Below are positions 25,014 to 38,087 of a stretch of DNA of 64,000 nucleotides, one piece after another. Source of the DNA: Dudresnaya verticillata (lineage: Eukaryota); contig OZ374562.1 of assembly GCA_977862235.1 (NCBI GenBank), positions 868,001 to 932,000 on the forward strand, given 5' to 3'. The notes under the pieces were generated by a model that was not told the DNA's origin, ran no database searches, and worked only from the letters and a program-made list of their open reading frames with translations. Both the position numbers and the translations under genes were made by a program. The first letter of the stretch is position 1. Each line of letters starts with the position of its first letter.

Positions 25014-27768
25014 TAAACTTTGCAAAGATTTGATAACTCCAGAGTTTTGTACGTACTACATTCGCGATTACTGCTTCGAGTGAGTGCGGCGAGAACGCGT
25101 CTTAACCCCAGGGGGCGCGGGCCCGGGGCCTCAGTGCCCCCGTTGTTGTGACCCTCTTTCTCAATCCCTGTACCGCTTGTCCCCACATCGGGCCCTGCCG
25201 CCGACGTCTTCCGGGTAGAGTCTTGCATCTGCCCAGCAGTACCACTGGATGGCGTGGTTGAGGGGACTATAGATTGCGGGGCCGATGGCTCGTTGTCCAC
25301 ATCCATGGGATCCGCGCGCCCCATCTCATCGCTTACTGGCGCGGCATCAGCCGGCGCGATAACTCGCGATTGCGCGGCAGCCGCCGGCGCATGTTCGTGC
25401 GGTGCGACAGGTGCCGGCACAGATTGAGAAGCCTCGCTCCCGGCGCGCTTAATTACGCTCTGTTCCGCAGCACCTTGATGTGCCGGTGTAGAGGAGGCCA
25501 CCGCAGAGTCAGGCGCAGGCGCGGCAGTGGCCGGCGCTTTATCTCTTGAAGCCTCTGGAGCAGGCTGAGACCTTGGCACCGCGGGCACAGCCGCTGCGGC
25601 AGGGCCCCCAACCTTAGGGGAGGCCTTAGCAGCTGCAGCAAGAAGAGCAGCGACGAGCTCTGGTGGAGGTGTCCAATCACCAATTCTCAATTGCGGGATA
25701 GCGGTATCCGCAGCGAGCGGAGCTATACCCTTAGTAACTTGAGGCGCACTTGCTTGAGCGGTGTGATCAACGCCGACTGCGGTAGCTTGTGCGACTGGAG
25801 TAGCTGGGGCGGGCGCAGCTGGGGCGGTAGCAGCTGGGGTGGGCGCAGCTGGGGCGGGCGCAGCTGGGGCGGGCGCAGCTGGGGCGGGCGCAGCTTGGGC
25901 GGCACCTTGCCCAGCAGTGGCGGTTGCTCCTTCTCCAGCGAGGGCCCTTGCCCCTACATCTAGAGCACGGACTGCAGCTGCTTGGTAAACGCGAGCTGCG
26001 GCCGCTTAGCCGGCCCGGGCTGCAGGAGGTGTAGCGTGCGGTGAAAGGTTGTTTCTGCGATGTTCTCCGGGTTGAGGAGACGGTGAGCGACGATTCCGAA
26101 GCGGGAAAGGGTCACCACGACCTTGATATGGTACGAGACCATCAGCACGAGGCGGGGGCGCATTTCCTTCTCGCCCGAAACCACGTCCGCGCCCTCCCCC
26201 AAGCCAACTGCCATTCCCACGATCATTCCAGTTCCCTCCTCGATCATCGCTGTGGCCATCTCGACCACCATAAACATCCCCGCGTTCAGCCGCGCGTCCG
26301 CCTCCGCGTCCACCTCCGCATCCAAAGCCGCGTCCACCTCCGCGCCCACCTCCGCGCCCAAAGCCGCGTCCAAATCCGCGCCCGCCGCCACGACCACCAC
26401 GTCCAACACCCAAGTCCGCGTTGTCTCTGTGCATCTTGCTTGGGCCTGGAAGCCCCAAATACTCCATGGCCTGATCATGCGTCAGCGGCGCAATGGCCTT
26501 GTGCGTCTGCTCTGCATTAACAAACGCGATTAACTTCTCACGCTGCAATCGGGAAGCTCGGTTATGCTTGTGAAGCTCTTCTTGTTTCTCACTTTTCTCC
26601 ATGCACTTCCGTGCCCATTGCAGAAAGCGAACATGACGGAGGCAGTCCAGCGCCTCCAGTCGATACTGCTGGTCAACTCAGCTGAACTTCCATCTGAACG
26701 ACTCCGTATTGAGGAATTGCTCCTGATAGTCCATCCACCACCGCAGAAACCCATTCGTAGAAAGGTTATTCATAGCATCGATGATGTCTTTGGCCGGCTC
26801 GTGATCGCTCTTACCATCCCCGAGAAGGGGTAAGAAGCAATGATGGCCATGATCTGATCACGAAACCAGTCCTTCTGCAACTGCGACGCGTCTTTTAGAG
26901 CACCTCTCTCTCGGCGACGGGCAACCTCTCGTTCGTGATGGGACAGATTGCGCAAACGCCCATCATCACCTTGCAGTTTCTGTATGCGGCCCGCTGCCAC
27001 ACCCAACATATTACGGAAGGGGAACGACTCGTAGTCAACCACAGCAGCGGCGCCGGAACGCGCGTTCTCGTTAGCCATCGACTGGTGAGCATTGTTTCCA
27101 AAGAGCTGAGCACCTGCCGCGTTCGTATCCCCAATCCATGAAGGTGCAGCTGCTGGCATTGGGGATACCGCAGCTGCAGCAGGCGGGACAGCAGCGCCCG
27201 CGGCGACGGCGGCGCCCGCGGCGCCAGCAGTGGCGCCAGCAGCGCCAGAGCCTGCACCCAAGCGTGAAACAATCGTAGACAAATCGGCATTGTTCACTAG
27301 CGTATGGGTTCTGCTCGTGATTCCTTGCAATGGCATCGGTAGTGATGATCCCATGCTTACTTGCGGGAGGATGACACCTTGTAAGCCTGCACCTGCCACC
27401 CCTGGTGCGTTCATAGAACCAAGCCCGAAATAAGGAACGTTCTGCTGCTGCGAGAACTGCGGAATGTTCTGCGGCTGCTGCGTGAACTGCGGAATGTTAC
27501 CGGTGACTTGATAGTGTGCAGTAGAGGGCTCTTGAACTTGTATACCTGGAACGTTCCCTGCGCTTGTTTGCATCGGAATGCCTTGCATCTGCGGAACGTG
27601 GACAGCAGCGGTAGCGTGCAGCCGAAAAGCACTGCCAAGCCGAATCTGGGCACCGTATTGTGCCCCTTGAGTAACAGAAGCTGGAACATACTGTGTTATG
27701 TCCTGAGGGTTGAGCGGGATGCCGGAGCCGGCATTGTGGTTGTGACTGAAAGGAAAGTTAGGTTGCAT
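25001..27768 (-). pseudogene. second, convergent MULE gene of unknown function (Q/A/G-rich, RGG boxes, QLRPP repeats), interrupted
   Basis: Chain of same-strand ORFs 27768-26770, 26602-26006, 25905-25723 and 25690-25001, all inside the TIRs. Confidence 0.6.
25801..25900. repeat. 15-bp tandem repeat (GCAGCTGGGGCGGGC)n, about 6-7 copies
   Basis: Directly visible; encodes (PPQLR)n on the minus strand. Confidence 0.9.
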
Positions 27769-28748
27769 GGTGACGAAGGGAGGGAAAGGGTGATCGATGG
27801 GTCAGCGCGATGACGGGGTGTGCGCTGTGGGCGCGCTCGGTGAGAGCGGTGGGCGGGTGGATGGAGGGCGCGCGATGGGAACCTATGTGAGCGCGATTGC
27901 GGGGTGTGCGCGCTCGGTGAGAGTGGTGGGCAGGCTGATGGAGGGTTGTGGCACAACGGGCGGGTGGGTGCGCGGCGGGTGAGCCACTGCAAATAAGGCC
28001 GTCGACGGTCGACGGGGCCAGCTCGTCGACGAACGACGGGGCCTGCCCGTCGACGGATCAAAGATGTTGATCCTGGATCCACATTTTGGCGCGATGTCGG
28101 CGGCGGTCGGTCTTCATTACAGAGTCAGCTCGTCACGCGTTACGCTGCGCCGCACGGTTCGAGTATACTCATCCCGGCTGTGTACACCCGCCACACCCGG
28201 CGCCGGGTGTGGTGTTGATTGAATATGGAGCGGCACCCTATCTGCTATTGCCAAGTAGGAATCCGTGAGTATAGAATGATGCGATTGGTGGGATGGTGAA
28301 GAACTCTACAGTATCCTACAGCCAACAGTACGTGAGTATATGCGCCGTGGATCCCCGTGGCCCGGTAAATTGGTGAGTATACTCACCGTTTATTGGCTGA
28401 ATATAGTTGATTGACACCCGCTGCACCCTGGGTGCCACGGCCCAGGGCCCAATAGCCGTTATGAAATTGACGAAAACATTACACTCGTTACAGCTTGCCA
28501 TTTACTAGTGTCTATTCGACAAGTGGCCTAATAACGGTATTACAGTCGCAGAGAAGTTTGAAAGTTGCATCTCCGGCACGGGCAACCGTTTTCTGCGCGT
28601 GCAACCGCGCGCAACAAAAAACGTGAGGAGAATGCAGAAACGTGAATAAAAGACGCCAGATTAACTCGTGATGTGCGAAAGCGCTTTATCGACATGTAAT
28701 TGGGCTAGGCGGGGGAATGGGATGTGGAGAGATTTGCACCTGGACGGG

Positions 28749-29005
28749 TGTCGCGTCTCAGATTGCACTGTAATGAATAAACTTAATGTTGGGTTTTTGG
28801 GTGGTTGATGAAAGCACGCGGTTCTTTTGACACACTGCTGATAACTCGCCGACTCAGAAGTTTTTGCTTCAGACTTTTGCGGCCTGCCTCCCTTTCTCTG
28901 AGAGAGTTGAGAGCAGACCTCCTTTATAGAATTCTAGTAGTTAGAGAAGCTCGATGGAACTTACTAAAACTAGCTATTAGTCTATAGACTAAGTAAAAGA
29001 CTACA
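28749..29005 (-). repeat. displaced part of the gypsy 3' LTR
   Basis: Near-identical (about a dozen differences by eye) to 51383-51640, ending at ...AAAAGACTACA. Confidence 0.93.
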
Positions 29006-29620
29006 CATTACGAAGGCGATTTCGGAAAAATGCTTTTTTCCATGCGGATATTCATGATTTTTTATGCCTCACGTTTGGTCCGGGCGACTAATGAATATCA
29101 GCATTTCAAATAAAGGTTCAGTGCATTGATTTCCCATGGAGCACGAATCCAGCGGAATGATTCGTGAATCACATTTCTGCTTTCTTTAATGGCGCTTGAG
29201 GCACCTGTAGCATCAGTACTCATACGGTATTCCGTTTCGGTAATGCATCAGTTCCAGCCTGTGTGATGTGGCAAATCGCAAATCTCTTCACGCACTGCTA
29301 TGAGTCTAGAACCGAGAAAGTAATGCGTCAGCATCACCGCGGTAATGGCGTGGTTCCATTTCCGAGTCTACTATCGCTATGCATGCGGCCGCATGGATTT
29401 TCTCGCTTTAATTCATGGAAACTGCTGCGTCACATGCGCCACCCCAGGCAGGTCTGCCTGTCGCATGTTGGTAGTCCTACGTCTACACTACATAATAGCT
29501 CCCTTCTTAACTTCCTCGCTCAGAAGCGCCGTGAACTCTTTGCAAAGTACTTCTCCTTCAAACTGAAAGCAAGGTACAGATACTTCGAGAACCCCAGCGC
29601 CTTGCGAGCCTTTTGCAACG

Positions 29621-31392
29621 TCAGCCGACCATACGCGAGGACGAACAGCCTGTGCTCGACGCCACGCTACGTAAAACCCTCGGGGATTCTGTCGTCTGTT
29701 GCACACTTGAACCTTGCTGGTCAGTCGGATATTCGAATCTGCAAGCGACGCGCTTCGAAACGCGAGGAAGCGCAAACCTGCGATCTGTGGAACACCATTG
29801 CCTACTGTCCAGCATCAGAACTGTGGAAGCTTCTTTCGTGCTGTCTGTAGGTCTTGTCATGCTGCGACCGCAGCTTTTCCCTACATAAAGGGCGCAGGGA
29901 TATGCTGTGTTGTCCTTCGTGTACTCATACGTGCCTATAATTCGAATTACCCTTCCATTGGTAGAAGAAAATTCCTTCGTTAACATTTCGAGCCGGTCGG
30001 CGAGTGCAGTTATACCAAGGCATCTGCATAGAGTTCCAAAAGATTTGAAACAGACGAACATAACGTCAGTCGACAATGACGGACACTGTGTGTTCTCGAA
30101 AGATGGGAAGAAGGAGATTGTATTATCCTCTTCCCCATTCATCTCCATGGACGACGCTGCCGCGTCGTCTCTCGTTGTCCGCCATGTCCTACCGATAATA
30201 GCAAACTGCGCCACATCGCAATCTGCAGACACCTTCAAACAGAATTGCGCTGTGTCATTCAGCAGTTCTCCGTCTTCCAGTGATGATCATCACCAGCTTC
30301 TCTGTTCAGCCGCGCCGGTGTTCTCCTGGCCCGTGCCGTCGGCGTGATTAGCAGACTCTGTGGCGTTTCACGCAATCCCGGTACTGCCCCGGTCGGGGTA
30401 CACGCGCTCGTAACGGCTGGCACTCGTGGCTGGATTGTTGTCTGCGGTGTTTGGCCTTCCAGCACATTTGAATATGCACTTCTTCTTGTCGTTCTACTAC
30501 TTGCAGCCTTCTTTCCCTTCCGGCGAGCTGGGGCCTTCTGCATGCAACTGGCCAGGTGATGGCGAAGGAACCCGAGAACTCTTTCACAGCTTTGATCCAG
30601 CCCTGGGTTCAAGCTTAGCTCTATCCGTGCAGTGTTTCTTTGCACTCGAGTCTTGATCGTCTCTATCTCTGAGGCCATAGCAGAATATCGTTGTCGTAGA
30701 AAGCTGAACTCACGATTCAAAGCAGAACTGTCCACAATTTCCACATCTTGCTCTCCATTATTGCGATATTCGAGATCTTGGCTTCCCTGGCGGCGCTGCT
30801 TTTGTTTCAAAACATTTTCGATAGGCGGGCCCGCCCGCGTTCTCCAACTCAGTAGAGGATTGTCATTGTCCGAGCGATCTTGTTCCCAGACACGAAGATG
30901 TCTACCTGCAAGAAATTCAACCTTCTGAACAGTTTCCATATAGTCGTACTGAGTATTGGAAACATACTCCATAGTCGCGACCGCGATTAAGTCACCGTCG
31001 TCAATTTCAACAACGTCCAATACCTCAGCATCCCACCACACTACGTCACCATTGTCCATCTCCCATGCCACCTGTACCCATTCATTGGCAAGCGACAGAG
31101 TGTTGCGCTCCCTGCACCTCCTCATGTTGCAAAGTGTGATGTGCGGATGTTTGCTGATGCATGCAAAAGTTGCCGTCTGCGTACGCGATGAGCAGGCCTG
31201 CTCAGGAAACTGTGACAGAACGATGCGAAAATGCGAAGTGCGGGTCAATATCGGCAATTGTGCGACCGTGCGGAACAGGTCTGCAGGCCTGCGGGCCTGC
31301 AGTGTTCCATTTCGCAACTTGTCACGATTCTGGTTCATGAAATCTCGTAGATCTACACAGTGTTTTTGCTGAATCACTTCGAGTACTGGCAA
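29621..31392 (-). pseudogene. CACTA cargo gene 1: Tudor/Agenet-like barrel plus coiled coil, interrupted
   Basis: EWVQVAWEMDNGDVVWWDAEVLDV resembles Tudor-like V-x-V-x-W...W-W-x-A-x-V strands. Coiled coil ALNREFSFLRQRYSAMASEIETIK. Continues in ORF 30238-29621. Confidence 0.5.
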
Positions 31393-31637
31393 AGATACGC
31401 AGAAAGGGCTTATCGGGAATTTGCAACGGCCGTTGCTCCGCGCGCGAGTGCCATACTGTTATCCGTCTCTCCTCGTAGAGACCTCTACGCGTCGACGCGT
31501 CAAGAATGACTCCAACAACTAGGAAAGGCTCGAACAGAAAAACTAGAAAATCAGTAGCAGGCAAGAAAGGATCCGGATATGTCTCTGCAACAGCATGAAC
31601 AACCAGGACGAGGCAGTCCCCGGCATTCAGACGTTTT

Positions 31638-34126
31638 GTGGGCCCGCCCCCTGGGTTGCAGGAAGAGAGAGGTCGACCTCGTGATGCCGACAGATACAAC
31701 CCCGGCCGGGCTTCGGAAATTGAGGACACACCGCAATCTCATCCTGAAGGTCCCGTGTCGGACGTGTTAACACCGCAAGATGACATAGCTGCAAGCAGAA
31801 ACCCTCCTTGTGCAAAAGAGCCTAAAACGAGACCGACAGCAAAGCGCCTAGGAGAACTCTTACAAAGTCCTGAAGATTTAGCCTTGGGCCAGACCCGGCC
31901 GGGTGATGCCAGATATGAAGAGTCAGCTTCCACAGCAGAGCGTGCAACGGATAGTTCCGTTCTGAAATCCAGGCGGCGTGGTTCAGTAAGACGAGAACTG
32001 GAAGAAACTCCTGACAGCCGGCAGGCATCCATTCCACCAGGACTCAAGCGTAGGCGTTTAGGTGTAAAGGCGCCTTGAAGTGTGGCTCAAAGGCGTATCG
32101 TGCAGGCGCCAAAGACTAGTTCGGCCGAACCGGTCGACGTTTCAGATGAGAGAGGAACTCCTGCTCTCGAAAGGCAGGTAGAGAAACCCAGACCCAATCT
32201 ATCTGGTGGTGAGGGGGACAACAAACCGTTGAATACAAGGAGAGGGCCATCTGAAAACCAAGTTCAGCCTTCTTTCCCGAAGTCAGCTTCAGGAGCCATT
32301 CCGCCTGGCCAGGCAGTCTTGGGAGCTGGTGCAAAGACATCGAGCCACCGGTCAATTCCGGAAACGGCATTGAAGAGTATGGCAAATTCTCTGAACGGTA
32401 CCATGAAGACATATGTTCAGTCTATGAAGGATACAATATTGCAGCGCATTGGAGATGTTGAAAGGAAACTATCAGAAGTTAAGTCTAATATTGAGGAAAT
32501 CCGTTGTGTTGAACAGTTTAGGTCGTCCGGGCCCGGACAAGGCTCTCATAAGAAGACTGCAAGGGCAGCATTCGAGGAAAAGCTTGAGAGGTTCACACCT
32601 CATGCAAGCTTCCTGTTCAACCAGACTGTTATGTGCAGAGTATCAAGTAGCTGCATTTCCTACTATACATCTACTGCTATCTCTAGACAAGATGATAGCG
32701 GCAAAGTGTCGGCCTACATTTTGCGAGCTTTTCTCTTTGCAAAGCAAGTGGAACAAGGAAAGAGGTTATTCAAAGAAGAATTGGGGAGACGTTTCAGTGC
32801 GTTCCGGTACCTCGTCGTGACAAACGCTATATTCAATGTGCAACAGAATCGGTTCCTTCAGTTCAGGCCTTTGACGACGGCAGCGATAGGAAAATGCACA
32901 GATGAAGTCAAAGGCTCGAAGCCGGGCGAAGCGGCCGCTTCGCAAACGTCCGGGATGCCAAAATGTGTAGACGCATCTGCAGATGGATCCATTGATACCC
33001 GAATGGATTACCCGGAATGGTTGAAGCCAAAAGTAATTGTCGAGGAACACATCAAAAACGCGCGGATGCTTTGTGAGACAGGGATGGGTAAGGGTCATGA
33101 CTCTGAACGAGGGCCGGCCGGCAACTCGGAGGATATTTCAGAACGCCCCAAGTCTTTGGCTGTGAAAGACATTCCCAATGTTGAGGACATCGCCCTACAC
33201 GGAGCTTCGAAGGTCTGTAAGATAGTCACAGATTGGCTCCGAGAAAGCAGGCAAAACTCCAAGAACGCGCTAACAGAGGACCTGACATACCTAATGGGCA
33301 ACTGGAAACAGCTGCACTGTGGGATATTGATCAGACCACAGTGCGAGTGCGCTGGGCTTCAACAGAGTCTGCAGAGAATACTGCATCTACCGCGGCCGCG
33401 GCGAGGAACGCATTCGATCTTAGCGATGTGCTTGATACTAGTGACATTCCAGACATGACGAGGAACCCCGTTCGGGCAATAGATATAGATGTCTCTAATA
33501 CCAACCTGTTTAACGAACTGCTGAAGGAACGCATCGACATTATGTTTAGTGTTTCCCATGATGTGTTTGTACTGCCGTCAACGTCCGGCGGGCGCCGTAG
33601 CGCAGATAGGAAATCAAGGAAACGCCAAGATGGGGAGAAGAAGCCACTCAAAAGAATTGTGAACCTCATCGAGGTTGCCATGAAGTTTTGCGTGGCTTTC
33701 AGACATAACTGTTCAAAAGAGTACTCGCCCGAGGTTGTTCTGGGTGCCCACATCAAGGCATTGGAAACAATTGTTGCCTTGGCTCATGTGCTTCGTATGT
33801 TGGTGAAGAAGTTTGTGGCTGTTCATTTTGACGTCAGAGGGAGATATCGCGGCCGCGACATATCAACTTTGGGAATTAAGGTGGGCTCTTTGTCACTGGA
33901 AACGTTGCTGACGGGGAACGCCAATATGAAGCGGGTACTCATGAGCAGGGCACTTCGGATGACTGAGAAAGAGTACGAAGTTCTGAACATGACCGATGAC
34001 AACCCTGAGGATAAACGGACCCCATGGGGTGATGCTGCAGCCACTGGTGGGCGCGGCCGCGACCCCTCCATTGGGCATGGAGGGGAACTCGTGGCTTGCG
34101 ATATGACTGGAATCATGGCGTTCTAG
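31638..34126 (+). pseudogene. CACTA cargo gene 2, unknown function, one stop and one frameshift
   Basis: ORFs 31638-32078 and 32082-33458 are in the same frame, separated by a TGA; overlapping ORF 33233-34126 follows. About 800 codons in total. Confidence 0.6.
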
Positions 34127-34586
34127 CCGTTAACGGCATTTACGTAAAGGCACAGTCTTCAGCTGCATCTCACATTTGTTTGTGTGTGCACACACAAACA
34201 TGTTTAGGACGGTTAACCATATCGTTAACCATAGAGTATGAATAATGGAACTTGAGCTTCTCGCCCCATCGCGGACGTGTGGGGTGAGCAACTCGCAAGG
34301 GAGAGAGCATTTTCCAACTCAAGAAAGCATTTTCCAACCCAAGTCTTAGGAGAAGATATGCATCAACAATCAAGACAAGAATGTCAAGTGAGAACTCAGC
34401 TAGAGCTCATTTACTCAACGACATAGAATGTAAACATCTACTGTTGTGCACGTTCCAGCACCGCACGGAACTACTAGTAGTTAAAGCAACTGCTCTACGC
34501 ATACTCCAAATGCATGTTAACAATCTTGCATGAAAAGGGCGACCGCCCTTTTCGAGAACAGTCTCAAAGAACCAGGTCCGGCCGGA

Positions 34587-37500
34587 CTAGGCATCAACCA
34601 CTGCGATGAGGACCATTACTGCCACCTTGCGGGGCGGCATCGCGATGCTTCCCAGGCACGAAACGGTGTGTCGGCATGCCACGACTGACTGGACCGCGTA
34701 CACATTGAACACCGTTAGCAGGGCCGACGCCACAATTTGCTCCGTGCGGAGCTCCATATGTTCGCCCGGGCGGGCCCGCGTTGCGTTGGAAAGGTGGAGG
34801 TGACTTCGGTGAGTCATTAGGGAAGCGACTATGGTCAGTTGCAACTGCGGCATGCCGGTCTGCAGACCATCCATCGCGAAGGCAGTCGTTCTAATACCCT
34901 CCGCCGCGACCGTCGTGCGCCGAATACCATGGGGCCCCACGACGCGGTACAGCCGGGCGGGGCATATAGTCCGGTCCATAGCCATGGCTATATCCGTCAA
35001 CATATCCGTTGTAACCGGGCGGGGCTCCGCGGCGTCTATCTTGGGACCCATGGCCCTGTTGCCCATATTCCCGACTATAGTCGCGCAGATGAGCCTCTAG
35101 AGGAGCTCCACGCTCTTGTTAGTCACCCTCACGATAACCCCGAATGTTATAGCGCTCATGGTATGCATTGGAACCGTATTGGTTGCGGTTGCGATATCCA
35201 TGATCATCGTAATAACTGTGATATTCGTGATAATTGTCACGATCTTGACGGCGCCCTGATCCTTGATATCCATCACGATGCGCACTGCTTGTAGGATGTC
35301 TGTCGCGATTACCCGTGCCCGGCCGGGCTCGGCTGGCCCCGAGCCCCGGGGCTGCAGAAGAGCGATGACAATCGTCGTACCGGTAAGGCGCTGCGGGCAG
35401 TGCCTCTTGTCCTGCCTGCCCAACAAAGCGAGCAAGATTGTCTCTCTCGGCGCGAACGGCAGCCAATTTCTCAAGCACGCCATTTAAGTTGCGCGTGGTA
35501 TGAGTCAAATTCTCAAACATGCGGCTGGCCAGCTGCTCCACCGTCACGAAACCGGCATCCATCCAACCGTGGAGGTGGGCGTATGTCTCCAGACCTTGAA
35601 GCATCCTCAGGTCGGGGCCAGTCAGATGGAGGGGAAGCGGTGTGGATGCACGTACTTCCTGGCGGCGAACTTGACGCACAGAGAGTCTCACGGGTCGACA
35701 ATTGGGGTCCAGAACGAACTTCTTTCCTGGGCGCCCATCGCAGATGACGTTTCCTGTTTCAATCTTAGCCTCCAAGAAGAAACTGTTTCTTATCCCTTCA
35801 AAAGGCATGACAACTTCGTGGCGCTGCTTCACCTCGAGCCCAAGCGCCGCAAACATCCGAGCAACGATCACCTGACAGTCAATGCCGCCGCATTTTCCAG
35901 TTTCGTCGGCTGCGGTGACAATCTCAAGCTTTTCGAGCGTATCCCTGATTAGGATGATGGCATCGCGACCAAGGATAAACGCGCGGCCTCCGTAGATGAC
36001 TTCGTTGTGCCATATTGCTGTGATGAGCGCCAGCATCTCCACCTTGAAAACATCCCAAAGCCGTTGCCGACGTTTCTCATCACGTCCACTCACCATCTCC
36101 TGATGGTAGTACCAAACACAAAGCGGTAGCGGGACGGAAAGAGCAGGAGGTAGCTTGAGGTTGGCAAGCCATTCAGGCACAGCCGGGAACATTTCCTGCA
36201 TCTTTTCCAAAGTATACTTCTTGGTCTCAAATGAGTCGTATGGGGCAGTTTGCACGCCTCCCGACACCATGCCTCATACACGAAGTCTAGTCTATGCTTA
36301 AAGGCATTCCACCATCGACCCAGGATTGGATCAGCGAACAACGGAAGGTCATTGACAGGGCGGTACCGCTCTTCCGACAAGTACTTTGACATGTTGCTGT
36401 AATAGTAGCACTCCGCATCCGCCCTTGCAAATGTGCGATCACCTTGCATCGCAGATGGAAACTCATACCACGGTCGCTCGCTTCCCATGAGTGAACACGC
36501 ATCGTTGGAAGATTGTTGATCCTTGTTAAGCAGCTTAAGGAACCTTAGCATGTCTGATTTCATGTTAGGGAGATCCCTTCGCACGTACTGGGTGAACGAC
36601 AAACTCCTCTGCACCATTGTCTTCCATTCCTGTTGCGTGTTGAGCCGATTGGCATCAAGTGTCTTCTCATCAAGCTTGTTCCGGATCTGATGCGCGGCCG
36701 CACTTCGTCGAGGTCGTCGTTGCACACGCGGAAGATTCGGCCATGAAGACTCGAAAGTTGGGAAAAGCGTCATCTGCACAGCAGCATGCTGCTCAGAATG
36801 CTGCGCCACTGCAGCGGTATCGCCTTCAGTATCCATTGCATCTTCTTGCCCGGCCGGGACTGCTCCAGAACCGCTAGCTTGAATTTCGCCCTCTTTGCAC
36901 TTCAGAGCACTCATCGATTCAGCATACGTTAAGTATGGCTGAGACGTTACCTCCATCCGGAACGGCGTAGGAGGGCGGTCGTCAATGCTTCGTTCGCGCT
37001 TTAACTCAACATAATCAGGGACGGACATTGTGGGTGTTGCACGCTCTTGAGAAGCAACAACGGGACCTGCAATCTTGGCAACATCATGACCATCGTTCGG
37101 GGTAGCAGGCGCACATCGGATCTGTTCGAGAGGACCGGAGCCAGCAGGGCCCTGTCCGAGTGTAGCATCTCCTGTGCCACAGCTCGGCGAGGCGCTATCC
37201 TTGCGCTTCTTTAGAATGGCATGTCTTTCTGACTCCAGCAGCATCTCCATCTTCCTCTTTCGAGGCCTGAATCCAGGCAACAATTCCGATGGAGCATTCG
37301 CTCGTGGAGTCCCAACCGGGTTTCCTCGTGCGGTTGTAGCATCCGCCGTCGTATTGGACACAAATACAACCTCTTCCTATTCTGCTTCTCGCATCCCAAG
37401 GTCCTTGGGAGGGGCTGCAGGGGCCCCGGCTGCATCACCTCTCGAGGCGACGCCGGTCGGCGAGAACATGAGAGCTGGCGGGGTTTCTGAAGCTTCAGCG

Positions 37501-38087
37501 GGTGCCAAGCTCTTGACGTTATCCTTCAGCTTAAGCCGATTGTCGTTATGTGAAGTAGCCTTACCTCCCGGCCCCGTGGCCGCGGCATCTCGAGATCCAA
37601 TAGTTGCAGAGCGGCTTCGAGATCTGCTGCGAGTCTTGAAGCGGCTTTCCGCCTGCTTCTTCTTACCTAGACCAGGGTTTGTCCTCTTGCTACGCGCTCC
37701 CGTACTGTCCTCATCAACTTGGCGAACGAGCTTGTTCTAACGCGAATCGTCTTGGGCGTGGTGCTGCTTGTCACAAATTGCGAGCTGGCGCGGCCGCGCC
37801 TGCAGACCTGCATGCAGTTCGCCCGGTCTGCGCTGCCGAGCCTTTCGCAAGCTCTGCACGTGCTCCAGCGACAGCTCCAGCAACATGTTGAACTGCAGTT
37901 CCCTTAGCCACTGATGCCTTCTTCTGCGGCGAAGCCGCGATGCCCTTGTTCTGCGGTGATGAAGGGTTTATCTTATTCTGCGGTGACTCAGCGTCCTTGT
38001 CAGCGGACTTTTCGGCCTTTCCAAGACCGTCATTGGAGGCAGCGGCCGCCGCGCGATTCTGCACGACACGTTCGCCGACCATGGCGG
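34587..38087 (-). pseudogene. CACTA cargo gene 3, unknown function, frameshifted
   Basis: ORF chain 38154-37771, 37361-36090, 36270-35119 and 35066-34587: basic disordered N-terminus, aromatic-rich core, R/D/Y/G/H-rich tail. Confidence 0.55.

Larger units (their letters stand above)
19946..28449 (+). mobile_element. Mutator-like element (MULE), 8.5 kb
   Basis: Imperfect TIRs of about 95 bp (GGCTGGGGGCCGTGGCACCCGGGGTGCGGCGGGTGTCAATCAACT... vs the reverse complement of ~28355-28449). 9-bp TSD CAATGGCCG (19937-19945) / CAATAGCCG (28450-28458). Internal MULE transposase. Confidence 0.92.

Noticed and set aside
28749..29005. Independent solo LTR
   Set aside because: No TSD, and it is the part missing from the LTR at 46071-46182.
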